Part shown: positions 1-12,089 of the stretch, in pieces
Position numbering within the stretch: the stretch's first letter is position 1
Layout of the letters: every line of letters starts with the position of its first letter
Origin: Phoronis australis
Taxonomy: Eukaryota > Animalia > Phoronida
NCBI GenBank assembly: GCA_002633005.1
Contig: NMRA01000016.1
Location: forward strand, 1,652,749 to 1,716,748
Length of the DNA: 64,000 nucleotides
Direction: 5' to 3'
Translations under genes and position numbers: made by a program
Notes under the pieces: generated by a model
Databases searched by the model: none
What the model was told of the DNA's origin: nothing
The model's input: only the letters and a program-made list of their open reading frames with translations

Positions 1-234
1 GGCGTTACTTGAAACTGATTGTATTTCAATGAATTATTGTTTGTATTTGATAAAAATAAATGCTGTTGATATGACATTTAATAGTCTTTGTGCACATATT
101 TGACATTTTAATGTTTAACAACACGGCAAATGCACGGCTGGTTCCCGGCAGCACGTACGCGAAGGGCGGGAACTTCAGCTTTTAAAGTTCGCCGGTAGGT
201 CCGCAACTTCTGACCTTCGGCCTGGTTAAAAAAA

Positions 235-500
235 TGAAAATGCTGATTTCACGATTTTGGGAACTGAAATAGGGACTGCTCGAAGAAAAAGTTTGATAAC
301 GGGAGTATTTGTTAGAGTTGGAAGGAATTAAACACATCGACACCTCCTAAGGTGTTCCTTTATGCGCAAAAGGTAGTTATAACAACGTGACTTTGATGGT
401 TTAGTCGGTGCGAGGCATAATTCCCCGAAAAGCTTCCGGCGTACAGAGCGCCTATAGCCTCTGCATCGCCTCTGGTTCGGGCCAACAGAGGCGATGGTCA
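235..500 (+). repeat. Dispersed repeat copy; diverged inverted partner at about 2660-2905
   Basis: gggagtatttgttagagttggaaggaattaaa...cctcctaaggtgt...gtgactttgatg...cgaaaagcttc matches the reverse complement of 2700-2890. Confidence 0.75.
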
Positions 501-619
501 TTGCCTAATTAAAGTTGTGATGATTTACACCAATCCTGGGTCTGTCAACTGCTAACCTTTTTCCTCAAATTGGACATTACGGTCCTTGGTGGGTGGTCTT
601 TTTCCCACTGAGTTGCCGT

Positions 620-820
620 GTAATTCGTTGAAAGCGTAGGTCACGCTTGCCTGTTTAGCAGACTTTGAAAGGCGTTTCCAAATTTTCCACCAAACTTTTG
701 ATTGTCATCAAGGGGTTACAGAACATTATTTCGTCTCAGAGAACTGGACAGGAAAGTCGTTTTTAGTTTCTGTTAAGAGGCCAACGCCGGGTTTGGTAGC
801 CTTTTAAAAATCGTTCATTT
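620..820 (+). repeat. Dispersed repeat family; other copies at about 30400-30600, 32640-32820 and (reverse) 40730-40782 plus 42197-42290
   Basis: Shared cacgcttgcc.gtttag.agactttgaaagg...ttccaccaaactttt...cattatt motif block. Confidence 0.75.
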
Positions 821-1189
821 GGAGCCACGTTTTCTTGAAGACAAAGTCACTGTATTTTTAGCCAGGTGACTCATAACATGCATTATTTAAGAAAAAATGA
901 AAAGGAGGCAATTGAATTTTTGGCAACCCATTCTTCACAGGTAACTGTTTACATACCTATTGTTTAGTATGGTTTATTTTACCAATCAAAAAGTAAACCG
1001 ATTGAGCACTCATATACAGGGCCCACACCCCAGGCATGGCCAATAAGACGCGGACTCATGTATTAAAGACAAAAATACGTATTTCGTCTAATCAGGATTA
1101 GAAAAATCACGTTTATGAGTATTACTGACTAATCACAATCGGCTTAAGTAGTATTATGCATGGCCTTATGCTTAAATTATAAGTTGCCT

Positions 1190-2340
1190 TTACGGATTTC
1201 ACAGTCCACTCACCCTGATTATCTGCAAACAACGCATTACCATACCTTTTGTGTTTCTAAAGCAATAGTTTGGTGGAAATAATTACAGGCAAGTGGTACT
1301 TTCTACTAACCAAGATTAGACGTTCAATGAACTCGGGCATGTCTTTCTGAAAGGACTTTACTTGCTGCTTGGCGGGTGGGGCGTACTTTCTGTCGCCAGA
1401 TTTTGGTGTCCTAAGAGTCCGCGTGGGGGTAAACCACTCCGCACGGTCTGTAAACGCTATTTTCATGTCACGAAAAATAACATAATTTTTATTTACAGAA
1501 ATCAAGAGGATTCCTCGACATATAACCGCCTTTATATTCTGAAAGTTTGCTGTAGTTCCATAAGAGACTTTTTCAGTTATACCGTGGAAAAGGCGTCGCC
1601 CATCCAAAGAGTCTAAACATTGAAACATCAATTGGAGAATTCCGGTAAATCCAAGAAGCCAATCGCTCACAGAGGGCGACCGGCTAATGAATGGGAATAG
1701 GGGGCGCTTTTTGGAACAACCTGTCAAATGGAGATGTCCACCAGTTGATACAAAAGGGTTAGGGTAATAAAATTAACCCCTACAAAAGGGTTAGTGTCTC
1801 TGAAACAAAGGAGAAGATTTCACGGAAGTCCCTACAAATGGGTCCCATTTTCGAGTCTACACGAAAAATGGGCGAGTGTCCTACTAATTGTCCAGCTGTA
1901 CCATCGTCCAAATAATTAATGTCCGAGATATCTTTTGCCTTCAAGTTGGTCAGTCATCAATATTGCAGATGGTCTGATGCTTGGATTGCATCGAACCTGT
2001 GCAGGCCACAATGGTCAGAAACCAGTGCTACTCACATGTGTTGGCTCGTGATGCTGTTTCTGCGAAAGACAGTTTCAAAGTTTACAACTTACATGTACAC
2101 TCCACTCACCCGGATCACCTGCAGACAGCGCATAACCATACAGCTTTTGTGTTTCCAATGCAAACCCAATCTGGAGGAAGTAATTACAGGCACAGTACAT
2201 GCTAACAAAGATTTATAAGCTCAACTAACTCGGGCGGCATGTGTTTATGTAGGGGTTTAACTTACAGCTTGGCTGGGGTAAAAAAAGGCACCTCGCCCAG
2301 GCTAGTCTTGGTGTAGCAAGGTCTGCAAACGCTATTCTCA
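1190..2340 (+). repeat. Diverged direct repeat pair (about 1190-1470 and 2090-2340)
   Basis: tccactcaccc.gat...ccata...ttttgtgtttc...aattacaggca...aactcgggc present in both copies about 890 bp apart. Confidence 0.7.
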
Positions 2341-2659
2341 TGACATGTTCACTTGCAAATGAACCGGGTTCATTTAGGCCTTGCAACTACGACATGTAAC
2401 GCTTTAACTTCCAAAATTTAGACAAACCTGTGTTTCAAGGGTTAACTACCTTCCCGGGAGTGTCTAAAAACTTATACCTACAGACGGGTTACGTGTCTAG
2501 TAGACAGCATTTGTCGGTTCCATTGCACAAAATACGTGATTAGAAACTCCTGAGAACCCTCTTTCATATAACTAATTAGGCTCTTCTTACGAGAAGTTGC
2601 AAAAGTCCGTAGTCATGTAGGCTACATTCCTCTGCTATTGATGCTTGTTATTAGACAAC

Positions 2660-2905
2660 GAACACCTTCTCTAGCTAGCCAATAGAGAAGGTGATGCTCC
2701 TACAGGAGCCAGAAGCTTTTCGGAGAATTATACGCCTCCCACTGATTAAAACATCAAAGTCACATTGTTGTAGGTACCCTTAGCGCATAGAGGGACACCT
2801 TAGGAGGCCACCGATATATTTAATTCCTTCCAACTCGAGCAAATACTCCCGTTCTTCGAGTAGCCCTTCATTCAGTTCCAAAATCGGAAAGTGGACATTT
2901 TTTAC
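2660..2905 (-). repeat. Inverted copy of the 235-500 repeat
   Basis: Reverse-complement similarity over about 200 bp, including the terminal hairpin. Confidence 0.75.
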
Positions 2906-4719
2906 ACAGCGCACGCCAGGGGATATGACGCGCGCAGAGGAGGTCACATTCCTCTGTCCTTGATGTTCGGCGTTTGGTACAAGTTACTGTCGTCAAGTGC
3001 CACTGCTTCTACTTTTCAGGTTGACTCACTTAACCTTCTAACCCGAAGGATCAGTGATTCCCCATTTTCGCCATTTGACTTTCACTTTTTTCCAAACACA
3101 GCAAGGTCCAGTGATTCCCCAGAGCAAGGGCCCACAGTAGAAGTTGCTCCCTGCACATAAATTCCTCTTTGAGGGCACAAAAATCCCTCGCCTGGTCAGG
3201 TACATTCCTCTTTCCTTGGTTTGTTTTAAGTTAATATGTGTGAGTGTTCACAGTCACAACTACTCTCGTTTGTCTGGTCATAGCACTTGATATCTAACCC
3301 ACAAAGTAGAGTGATTCCCCAGAACAAGTGTCCGCAGCAAAATTTGCTTTCTTTTCCTCACCGCATTTAATGGGAGAGGTGACATCTCACTCAACTGTCC
3401 GAGTACTGATGGATGCTTCAGCACCCCCCAAAAGACAAGTACGATCTCATATACCTCAAACTGGGCTCCTGTACAGCACGTGCTTTGCCACATGGAGGTC
3501 TTCTTGTAGGCGAAGATATGACTGAGGTGACGTACAAGGCCCGTCATTGGTGGCAACTGAAAGAGGGACACTAAGCAAAGCTACGTACAGGTACCATACG
3601 CGCACCCATCCTAAAAATGGGGGCTCGAATTTTTGGGAATGTGGACCTTTTACTAAAATTCACGGAGTACGTTCGGAACATTCGCCAAATTTTGCTAGTT
3701 CCTGTCTTTTTAGTGGAGTTTTGTCACGTTTTCTACTTTTTTCGGAGATTTTGTTTCCCTGAGGAGGACGTAACATGTGCACATTTACAATCTTACGGTC
3801 CGTGTATCAACTCACGCGATTTTCAAATAAGAAAGTCAATATAGTCAGGAACTTTGCTAAGTTTTCGGCTTGCACGAAGCCGGCCGTGCGCTGGAGGCTG
3901 GAACAAGGTTAAGCACTAAAATGAACATAAATGCACTGTGAAATTATTTATGGACTGAGTGAGAAGTAATTTCTCGAATTATCTGCGTGTATACCTAATT
4001 TACACATGTCAAGTTCAACTGGTGATCTTGAAAAGTTGCTGGAATTCAACGCCAGCTGCATGTTCGACCAATCAGGTTCCATCACTAAAACAATTTTGTA
4101 GGTTGTTGGCTTTTAGTGTTCCACGTCATTAAATCTCATTTTTGTGAAAAACACTATCTTCAAAATGCCTTGTATGTTAATGGTCGAAAATGGATGCCAT
4201 ATAGTGAGTAAATTATCGACCTTTTCTCTGAAGTACATGAAAACAGCTTGAAAGAGATAGAAATTAAATAAACAATTAGAATTGCGCATAGTACGGTGAC
4301 GTGAATATAAGCTCTGATTGCACGGCGTGCGCATCCCAGTTATAACTTAAAGAAGAGAAAAAACTCGAGCTCTAAGAACGGTGTCCGAAAGCTTTGCTGG
4401 ACCAGTTATGTCATCATATCCTCACTTTCATCTGTTTAGATATGCGTTGACTTGCTCATGTCATACATTTCATTTCAATCTATCCAAAACTTCTCACCCC
4501 TGTTTGTTCATACTGTAAAATTCTACAAAACCTCAACACGTCTCTTTGCTCATACCATTACACTAACTAATATATAAGAAAACTCGCCACGCCGCCTTGC
4601 TCACAATAAGAATCTCCCTCCGTGCCTTCGTCTTCGAGCTGAAAAAATTCTCTTTCAAAACACCATGTTAACTCCATGTACGGTAATCTCCAGTGAAGCG
4701 GCGATTGCCTTACTAGTGC

Positions 4720-4890
4720 TCAGTGTTATGTCATACATTTACGGAATTACACCGAGGTCAAAATGCTGGTTTTCAGACCCCATAAACGTTATAATGAACA
4801 AGGCGAAGCCGAGGTCATTATTACACTTTTTGGGTCTGAAAACCAGCAAATCAACTGAGTGTAAAAGTCAATAATTGTTTTACTACATGA
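4720..4890. mobile_element. Possible non-autonomous CryptonV-like element remnant
   Basis: Contains aggcgaagccgagg followed later by aataattgtttt, motifs I recall from invertebrate CryptonV non-autonomous repeats; no coding evidence. Confidence 0.3.
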
Positions 4891-6589
4891 TTGCATCCGT
4901 TAATACAATTTATAGACGTAGGCTAGGTTTAGGCTTTCGATCGTATATATGTCTATCACTCGTTCGTCAGCTTCCAGTTTTTTACCCAAAACGTACACTG
5001 TGGAGAGATTTTGAAAAAAACACTTGCAGGAGATCCTTGCAATGAACAAAGGATCAAATGATTAGATTTTGGGAAAGATATCATGTTTTGTTGTCATAAA
5101 ACTGTCGACAAACGTCGTTTGGTAATATCATGGCTATACCAATACAATACCATCGCAAGCTACTTGTCATCATGTTCAGTTAGCACGCGCTAAAACCCCT
5201 GAAAATGACGTATAGTGAGAGTCAATGAACATTTTAGTCTTTTAAATACATCTTTTGTAATAGTGGGAATTGCGATGCCTTGATGAGGATTTGCGTTCAC
5301 TTTGTTGTTTATGCTTTACGGTTGTTTAAAAAACAAATGCGACATAAAATCCGGGTAACATGAAAAAGCTAAAAGTTTTTTTCGAGTTTCGGTGACGAGC
5401 TGGTTGCGCAGTGGTAGACTAGTGGCATTCCTTCACAAAAAGTTTTAAAAGAACTAAAAGCAGCCCATATGAAGGTATGAGCGGTCAGTATGGAGAATCT
5501 TTGACTCCGAAATACGAGTTAAGAACTTCGTAATCTGTCCAAATCATCTAATAAATACCAATTTTTTGTTTTCAAAGTGTACTCTACAAATTGCATATAA
5601 GTTAGTACACGTACCTCTCTTTAATCAAAATGCACTTTGGCGCAAAAGACGCCAGGCTACTTTGTTTATACCCGGGAAATCACTTAGGCATAAACATGCT
5701 ATATGCATGTGTTGTCCACTTCACGCAAAATCTGTCAGAAACATGAAAAAATACCCATTATAGGACAACATATCTTGGTTCATACCTATAACTTATCTAT
5801 AACTGACCAACAGGTGTCGCCGTAATTCTAAGTTATGTACATTACGGGGCTTGATGCAAAGTTCGATGCCCATAAATAAAAGACAACCATTGAGAGATTG
5901 TCGCATAAGCTTTTGAAAAGCTCTACACTCATAAGTTATGCTTGTGATTTACGCCCGTAAACTATTCTTATACTTTACTCTCGAAATATACGCCCGTACG
6001 CTAGCAAAATAGGCGTTTAATTTACGTTATTAACGCCCGTCAATTACGCTCGTAATTTGCCCTTACATGTATAGCCTAATTTCCGCTGATATCGGGGAAA
6101 ATTGTGGCTGAATTATAATTTTGTAATTAGCAAAGATCTCCCCAAACAAACGAGTGATGAAATCAGAGAAACAGCAAAAACAAGTGGTCCAATTAACTTC
6201 TGAATCCGTATTAAAATGTCATTAACAATAGAAAAGGTAGTTTACAGTTAAATCGATGCTGAAATTATGCCGATCATTAACAGTGTTTTTGAAAACGTTC
6301 AGTTCAATCTAAGAATCGTCATTGCATGTTAAAAACTGAAGTCCGATTTGTGGATACATAATGGAGAATCATATCGAGCAGTTTATTGAACATAGTAACA
6401 CAGTGAACTGGAGTCAGTGTAAGGTTATCATAGATGATAACATTTTTAACAATGATTATTTGCAGCTACCTTGAATCATGTATTTGTAGTAAGTAAATTA
6501 AGTCGAAGGGAGTGAAGGTTTCAGTGCACGGTTGCATGAAACAATCCTAAATAGGGACTCAACGAAGTTCCCTAAATCTTTTACGTAAC

Positions 6590-6816
6590 TATTTGTTTCG
6601 TTCTTCACTCACAGATGTAATATTTATCTATAATTAATCTTTATTGGGAATCCCTCTTTGACTAATGATGTTTTCAAATAATATAACTAAAAACTGAGCC
6701 CTGAATTCAATGAAAATCAATAGGGATTTTGTCCTTAAGGGGGCGTTGCACGAAAAGCTTCCTACTTATTTTCAATAATATTGAGCATTCCGCGCAGAGT
6801 TCACTCTCTACTAACA
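6590..6816 (+). repeat. Old dispersed repeat interrupted by the Kolobok-type element (continues 8428-8495); uninterrupted copy at about 54700-55000
   Basis: ctcacagatgtaat...tgaattcaatgaaaat...ggcgttgca.gaaaag...atattgag shared with 54715-54900; the post-insertion flank agccaa...ctaagta.tga...tcagtgttt.cacaag is shared with 54930-54997. Confidence 0.75.
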
Positions 6817-6820
6817 TTAA

Positions 6821-8423
6821 AGGAGAATGCCACCCGATTTAATTAGTCTATTTACCGTCTTAATCGGTCTCTATCCACATCGCCTGTTACACGGTCAACC
6901 TCACCTTGCCGAGAGGTGTCGCGTTAACATATGAGGAAGGTGAGAAATGACGCAGCGATGTCAGTGGTTCGTCTGCAGAGTGAATGCCGCTATATTGCGG
7001 TGTATCGGTTCCCACTTGTCCGAACTATGAAGCTGCGAAGAAAGCAGGTATATCGTTTTTTCGACTTTCTCGAGAGCCCGAAATGCTTAGGAAGTGGCTT
7101 GCGGTAGTGAAGAATGAAAGGTATGCTGTTAATAGCAAGTATGAGGCCGTGAAACATCTCCGTGTCTGTGGCCGGCATTTCGTCGACAGTGATTTCTCTT
7201 ACGAATTTCGGCTTACCAAAGAACTATCCATACGTTCCGTTACCTATGTATGTTCACGACGCCTCTCTAGTATTTCTTGATCAGTGTATTCCGGTACGAA
7301 CTGATAGCATGTGAAACCTAACGATCCGACCCGTGAAGTCTTCGTCGGATAAGCTCTTGACTAAAGTCGGGATTGGCGCCAGGCGAGTTGCCATGTAGAC
7401 GTTTATTATTCTGCGTTCTGAATCGAAATGAATTATTCTCACCCTAAAATGATCATAACCAATGCTTATATGAAACTGAAACAAAGTCTGTCTCATTAGA
7501 TACAATTTGTAATGCCTTGGAGTGCTCGTGAGTGCAAATGTTTTGAGAAGCCAGCAAAGAATAAACCACTGCCGGGCGTTACCGGCTTTTGATGCTGGCA
7601 ACAAAGGTAATTGACTGCCGTGTGAGCGCATGCTAATTCAGTGTTTGCTGACAGAAAGTTGTTGTGAAACAATTACTCGATTTTGTATGCTATTGTCACA
7701 TGTTAGAGAATCTTTATTTAGAAATTCAAATACATTATTCATATCATTTTTACTGTTCAACGTTTGCCCTGACGGTCTGTGGAAGGGGCCGATTTCTCGG
7801 CCCCCCACAAGTAAGTAGATTTTCAGTTTCGTGGCCAATTCTCATAAATAATTACGTGCACATTATTTCTTTGGCTCACTATTATAGTCTTTTCGCGACG
7901 GGCCTGATCGGGTTCCGAGCCACTGGCCGGGATAACAAGCGTTTTGTGTGTTTAGAACTCAAAAAATCACAAGTATAAACAACACAGATCTTGATTCTCC
8001 TGTCTGTATTTCACGTAAAAATACTTCGAATTTATCTCCGAACAGACCCCAAACTCCTGCTACGGCCGGTAAACTAGCCTGCCGAACTTTGTAGGCTACG
8101 GTGTGTCCAAATACCAGTAAATCCGTAACAGCGAAATAAAACAACACGTTTTTATAAGAACTCGGTATGTTTTTAAGGGTTTTAAATCAAAGTTTGATGA
8201 TTTATTACTGTTAAACGATGAATTCAAGCGATAAGCTGACACCAGTAACCCGTGTTGTGAACTGCTGAACAGACTGCGTGTGAAACCAATTACGTCATTG
8301 GATAATTTCAACACCTCCGTCTGCCGTCAGGTGTCAGGTAACGCAACCGAACCTGCCGTTATCGAGTAGAACTACTCGATCTAAATTGAAACAAATTAGG
8401 TTGTTTTTGGGTGGCATTCTCCT
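6821..8423 (+). mobile_element. Kolobok-type DNA transposon derivative carrying a THAP ORF
   Basis: Perfect 15-bp TIR aggagaatgccaccc (6821) / gggtggcattctcct (8409-8423); TTAA on both sides (6817-6820, 8424-8427); RR...YY termini plus TTAA TSD plus THAP fit Kolobok. Confidence 0.8.
6984..7280 (+). CDS. THAP zinc-finger domain ORF (truncated transposon protein, no DDE domain seen)
   Basis: MPLYC..VPTC...SFFRL...RKWL...LRVCGRHF.DSDF matches the C2CH THAP signature; the conserved Pro after FFRL is Ser. Confidence 0.6.
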   Translation: MPLYCGVSVPTCPNYEAAKKAGISFFRLSREPEMLRKWLAVVKNERYAVNSKYEAVKHLRVCGRHFVDSDFSYEFRLTKELSIRSVTYVCSRRLSSIS

Positions 8424-8519
8424 TTAAAGCCAACAATTATCTAAGTAATGAGACTCAACAACATAAGAAAGAGCAATCAGTGTTTTCACAAGCCTCAAAT
8501 ACCGCAGTACGTTTAGGGA

Positions 8520-8900
8520 ACTTATCTGAGTCCCCATTTGGGACTGTTTCATTCAACCGGCCACTGGCAGCTTTCAGGTCAGATACTGTCCCCATTGGGG
8601 GTTGATCAAAGAGCTAAGTAGGTGTTGCGGTTTGAGGTGTGAGGAGAGAATCTGTAACCATTGCCAGTGTGCGGTTGTCAAGGACAAAATTCATGTTTTA
8701 ATACAATGTCTAGCTTACCTTGGCCTTAGATCAGATTTGTTTAACCGACTGAATACCAACTTTATATCCTTTAATGACGAGGAAACAAATTTTTCTTTGA
8801 TGTCAATTGCTAGTGTGAGTGTTTACGATTGATTGCCAGGACTTCCTTGTTGATTTTAGCGAAAAAGGTTATGAGTGTTTTTAATTGAATAAGTGAATCC
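8520..8900 (+). mobile_element. Non-LTR retrotransposon 3' fragment (RTE-X/L2-CR1 group)
   Basis: EERICNHCQCAVVKDKIHVLIQCLAYLGLRSDLF resembles the ERxCxxC...EDExHFxxxCxxYxxLR ORF2 C-terminal motif. Confidence 0.6.
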
Positions 8901-8991
8901 ATAGTAATTGTGGCTATTGTATTTTAAAGTATATGTCTGGTCTCTGACGCATTACATTATTGAAAAGGGACCTAAATCTAAATATAGTTTG

Positions 8992-9040
8992 TTATTACCA
9001 TCATCATCATCATTATTATTATTATTATTATTACAATTAC

Positions 9041-9071
<31 letters not shown>

Positions 9072-9121
9072 GCTGTTATAATTGTTATTATTGTTGCTGT
9101 TATAATTGTTATTATTGTTGC

Positions 9122-9158
<37 letters not shown>

Positions 9159-9215
9159 GTCATCATCATCATTATTATAATTGTTGTTGTTCTTATCATT
9201 ATCGATATTATTTTT
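8992..9215. repeat. Compound trinucleotide microsatellite (TAT/CAT/TGT)n
   Basis: Direct inspection. Confidence 0.95.
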
Positions 9216-9629
9216 ATTCAGCATGAGGAATTTTCAGCCCCGTTAAACCATGACTCGGCATCTGTTGAACTCTTTGTCATGGCTGCGCCATTTAGTGAAA
9301 ATGAGTCGAACAGGAGGGTTATTTTTCATCGGTTTCAAAATAACAAACTACTGAGACAAGTCAACACTGGCGACACAAACTGAACGCCATTGGTCGTGTG
9401 GCTCAAAATTTAAGTGGTGGTGGGGGTCCGCGCGAAATTGGCGAAGACCGCGTGGTAGGGATCTCCATCCCTCTCTTGCGCCCTGGCGGCATTTATATTA
9501 CTTTTCAATAATGCCTTGGTTCAGTCAGACGCAGTCACTCATCGCGTTATTGCATACACTGTGGAGTAACAGCATGCGAAACTCAGTAACGTCGTTTTCG
9601 TTAGAATAATTAAGTAAAAAGGAAGCGGG

Positions 9630-10345
9630 ATGGCGAACGAAGAATTGATGAAATGTGTAATGTTGAACGGTGAGCTTTCATGACGTGCACAAGGAGAGGG
9701 ACCCTAACTCATTTAATGCCTACGTGAAGGCATGTATCAAAAAAGTGTTCGCGATACTGATTAGCTGTGCGAAAACGTTGCTTTGGAAACTTAAAACAAT
9801 GTATGCGAGCCTGCTGAAGTCCGATTGGAACCCATTGTGTATTGTAATTAGTCCACTCAACATTCTCCATTCCGGAGCAGCAAAGCTGTTTGGCTTGTGT
9901 GCCATTCTCTTGCCCGGTGGAAATGTTGAAGACCATATTACTTTTGTCTTTATCTGACGATTAACTCGGGCATGCGTAGTGGCCATCCTATGGACTGGTA
10001 CCCAGCAGAGATTAAACGGCTCCGATCTGTTCTGGCTCATGATTGGAAAATAATATCGAAGGACTTGGCAACGAAGGCTGGTCCTCCCAAAAAAGGCACA
10101 CATTAATCCCCTCATGGCGGTGAACGTCTTTTACTTTTAACTCAATGTTTTTGTCCCCTGTGTATAGGCAAAGCAGTTCTAATCTCATTGTCCGCGTATA
10201 CTATGCTGGTGTTAGTTCGTAATATTGCGACATCTATCAGGCTAGTCAACTCACGTGACTCAAATAAGAAAGTCGCAAAAGGCAGGAAATCGGTTGTATT
10301 TACGGCTTGCACCAAGCCGATAGCGCGCTGGCTGAAATGAGGCTA
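9630..10345 (+). mobile_element. Decayed element with RecQ-like helicase remnant (AcademH-like?)
   Basis: KKVFAILISCAKTLLW...PLCIVISPLNIL resembles RecQ motifs I/Ia (DVFAxLPTGxGKSL...IVISPL); 10245-10345 is a repeat also seen at 3805-3900 and ends gaggcta. Confidence 0.35.
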
Positions 10346-11252
10346 TAGCGTCCACCGCACTAGAAATTCTTGGTGTCCTGGCAATTGACATCTGCAGCAC
10401 CTTCGTTGTCACCACACGAGGGCGCTGGAAAGGAATGTACTATCATCTGAGCACATGCAGGCATCGACATTAATTCGCTATCGTAAAGTTATGTAAACCC
10501 AATGAATTCTAATAAAATCAATTCACACTGCATGGCGTCATAGCTCTTACTTGATTCTCGAAGGAATATCGTGCAGCAACTTGCCAATAATTGTCCACAC
10601 TAACGCTTGCAGTAAATATTTACTTTCTTAGCATTATAAACGGCCAACACCTACATGTACATCCAATGAAATTTAAATAGAATTGTCAATATCATGCAAC
10701 ATATGATATCCCAGTTTCCAATTGTACTCTTTTATGTCAGCGATGAATTTAAACACTCGAAATATCACAGCAAGGCTCGTTATTGTACTCATATATAATG
10801 TGAGATTACTTCGCTAAATACAAGGAACGCCGATTAACGTTAAAATACCAACTCTATTAAGACGAAAATATTGGAAAGCGTAAAGGATGGACCATCAATC
10901 CAGCTCCTTGTTGAGTTTTATGGTGTAGCAACGACAATCGATGGTTTTAGAGCACATTAATCACGTGGCGGGTTCCTCAGTGGTCAATGAACGCGTAAAC
11001 TACATTTTACGTGCGTGAGATTTATATATTAAAACACCAGAGCACGCAAGGCCTAATTGTTTTTGTGGAGATCTTGGAAGTAATTATTGGTTTACTGATT
11101 AACAGACGTGTTGGCGCGTCACACCGTTGACGGTGCACACACGAGTAAAGCTAGTGCGATCACGTGATTCGCTTGTAATGCACGTCAATTTCTCGCAGAC
11201 TTGCATGATCTTGCGTTTTTGAGAGTTTTTGCTTCTACAGAACGCAGCCCAG

Positions 11253-11403
11253 GGCAGAGTTCGGTAGCTTTCTCGCGACTAAAAAAATCTAGCCCAAATC
11301 AAGTGTTCTCATTTAAAATACGCAGCAGTTTCGCGCGCAGTCTCGCGAAGTCTTGCTTTTTAACGAGGTCCTAGCGCAGGTCCTAGGGTTACTGAACTCT
11401 ACC
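11253..11403. mobile_element. About 150-bp MITE, family A copy 1
   Basis: TIR gagttcggta...tactgaactc; internal tctcgcgaagtcttgcttttta..aggtcctagc shared with copies at 19028 and 38524. Confidence 0.75.
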
Positions 11404-11431
11404 CAAGTCTCGTGGAGTTGGTCATGCGGTG

Positions 11432-11514
11432 AAGTGACGTCACTTATAAACTGGCGCATTGATTGGGTTGCAGCGCTGTATAAGACACGCGGGCAGAGAC
11501 GAGATGAATTAGTT
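11432..11514 (+). promoter_or_regulatory. Candidate Pol II promoter: CRE, inverted CCAAT, TATA, Inr
   Basis: TGACGTCA 11435-11442 within palindrome aagtgacgtcactt; ATTGG 11462-11466; TATAAGA 11479-11485; TTAGTT with A at 11511, 32 nt after the TATA start. Confidence 0.55.
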
Positions 11515-11602
11515 CGGCCTGACTCAAGTATTTAATCATTTTTGCTGCGTGTGTTTTAGTAAGAGGATACGAGGCTTTACTGTGTATCGCATTCTCAGTT
11601 AG
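11511..11602 (+). other. Candidate non-coding first exon, probably of the KCTD gene
   Basis: Begins at the Inr, contains no ATG, ends at consensus donor AG|GTGAGT (11602/11603). Confidence 0.5.
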
Positions 11603-12089
11603 GTGAGTAATAGTTTACGTGACCAGGATGCACAGTTTCAAGAAAGCTATTGAATGTATTCATCGAGATCTACTGATAAACTAGATATGTGCGTTGTAGC
11701 GTGCATAATACACATAAACATTACGTCTAACTAATGGAGAATCATTTAAAATATGGCACTATGGTACTCATCATTGGCGAAGAACTTTGACGGTCATCTA
11801 TTTATTTATATCATTGATGAAGCACGCTGGGGTTCTACTAATGTGTTGGTTGTATATACAGCTATCAACACGACAACACTCTAATCATTGGAAACGATTT
11901 GAGGACCAGGTTAAGGTATGACTACGTCATCAGTTAATTTGTGTTTTTGCTTAGTAATAAATATCTCTTATCACGACATCCAACGTAGAGCAACTGGTCT
12001 AATTTATTTTTGCAAACTTTAAAGCGCATTCATTCGTGAATGAGTTTGTGTGCCCACATATACCCACAGTCAAATAGGTAACGATGAAA

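Noticed and set aside
8952-9226. Poly-Asn, poly-Tyr and poly-Ile ORFs in three frames
   Set aside because: Translation artefacts of a trinucleotide microsatellite
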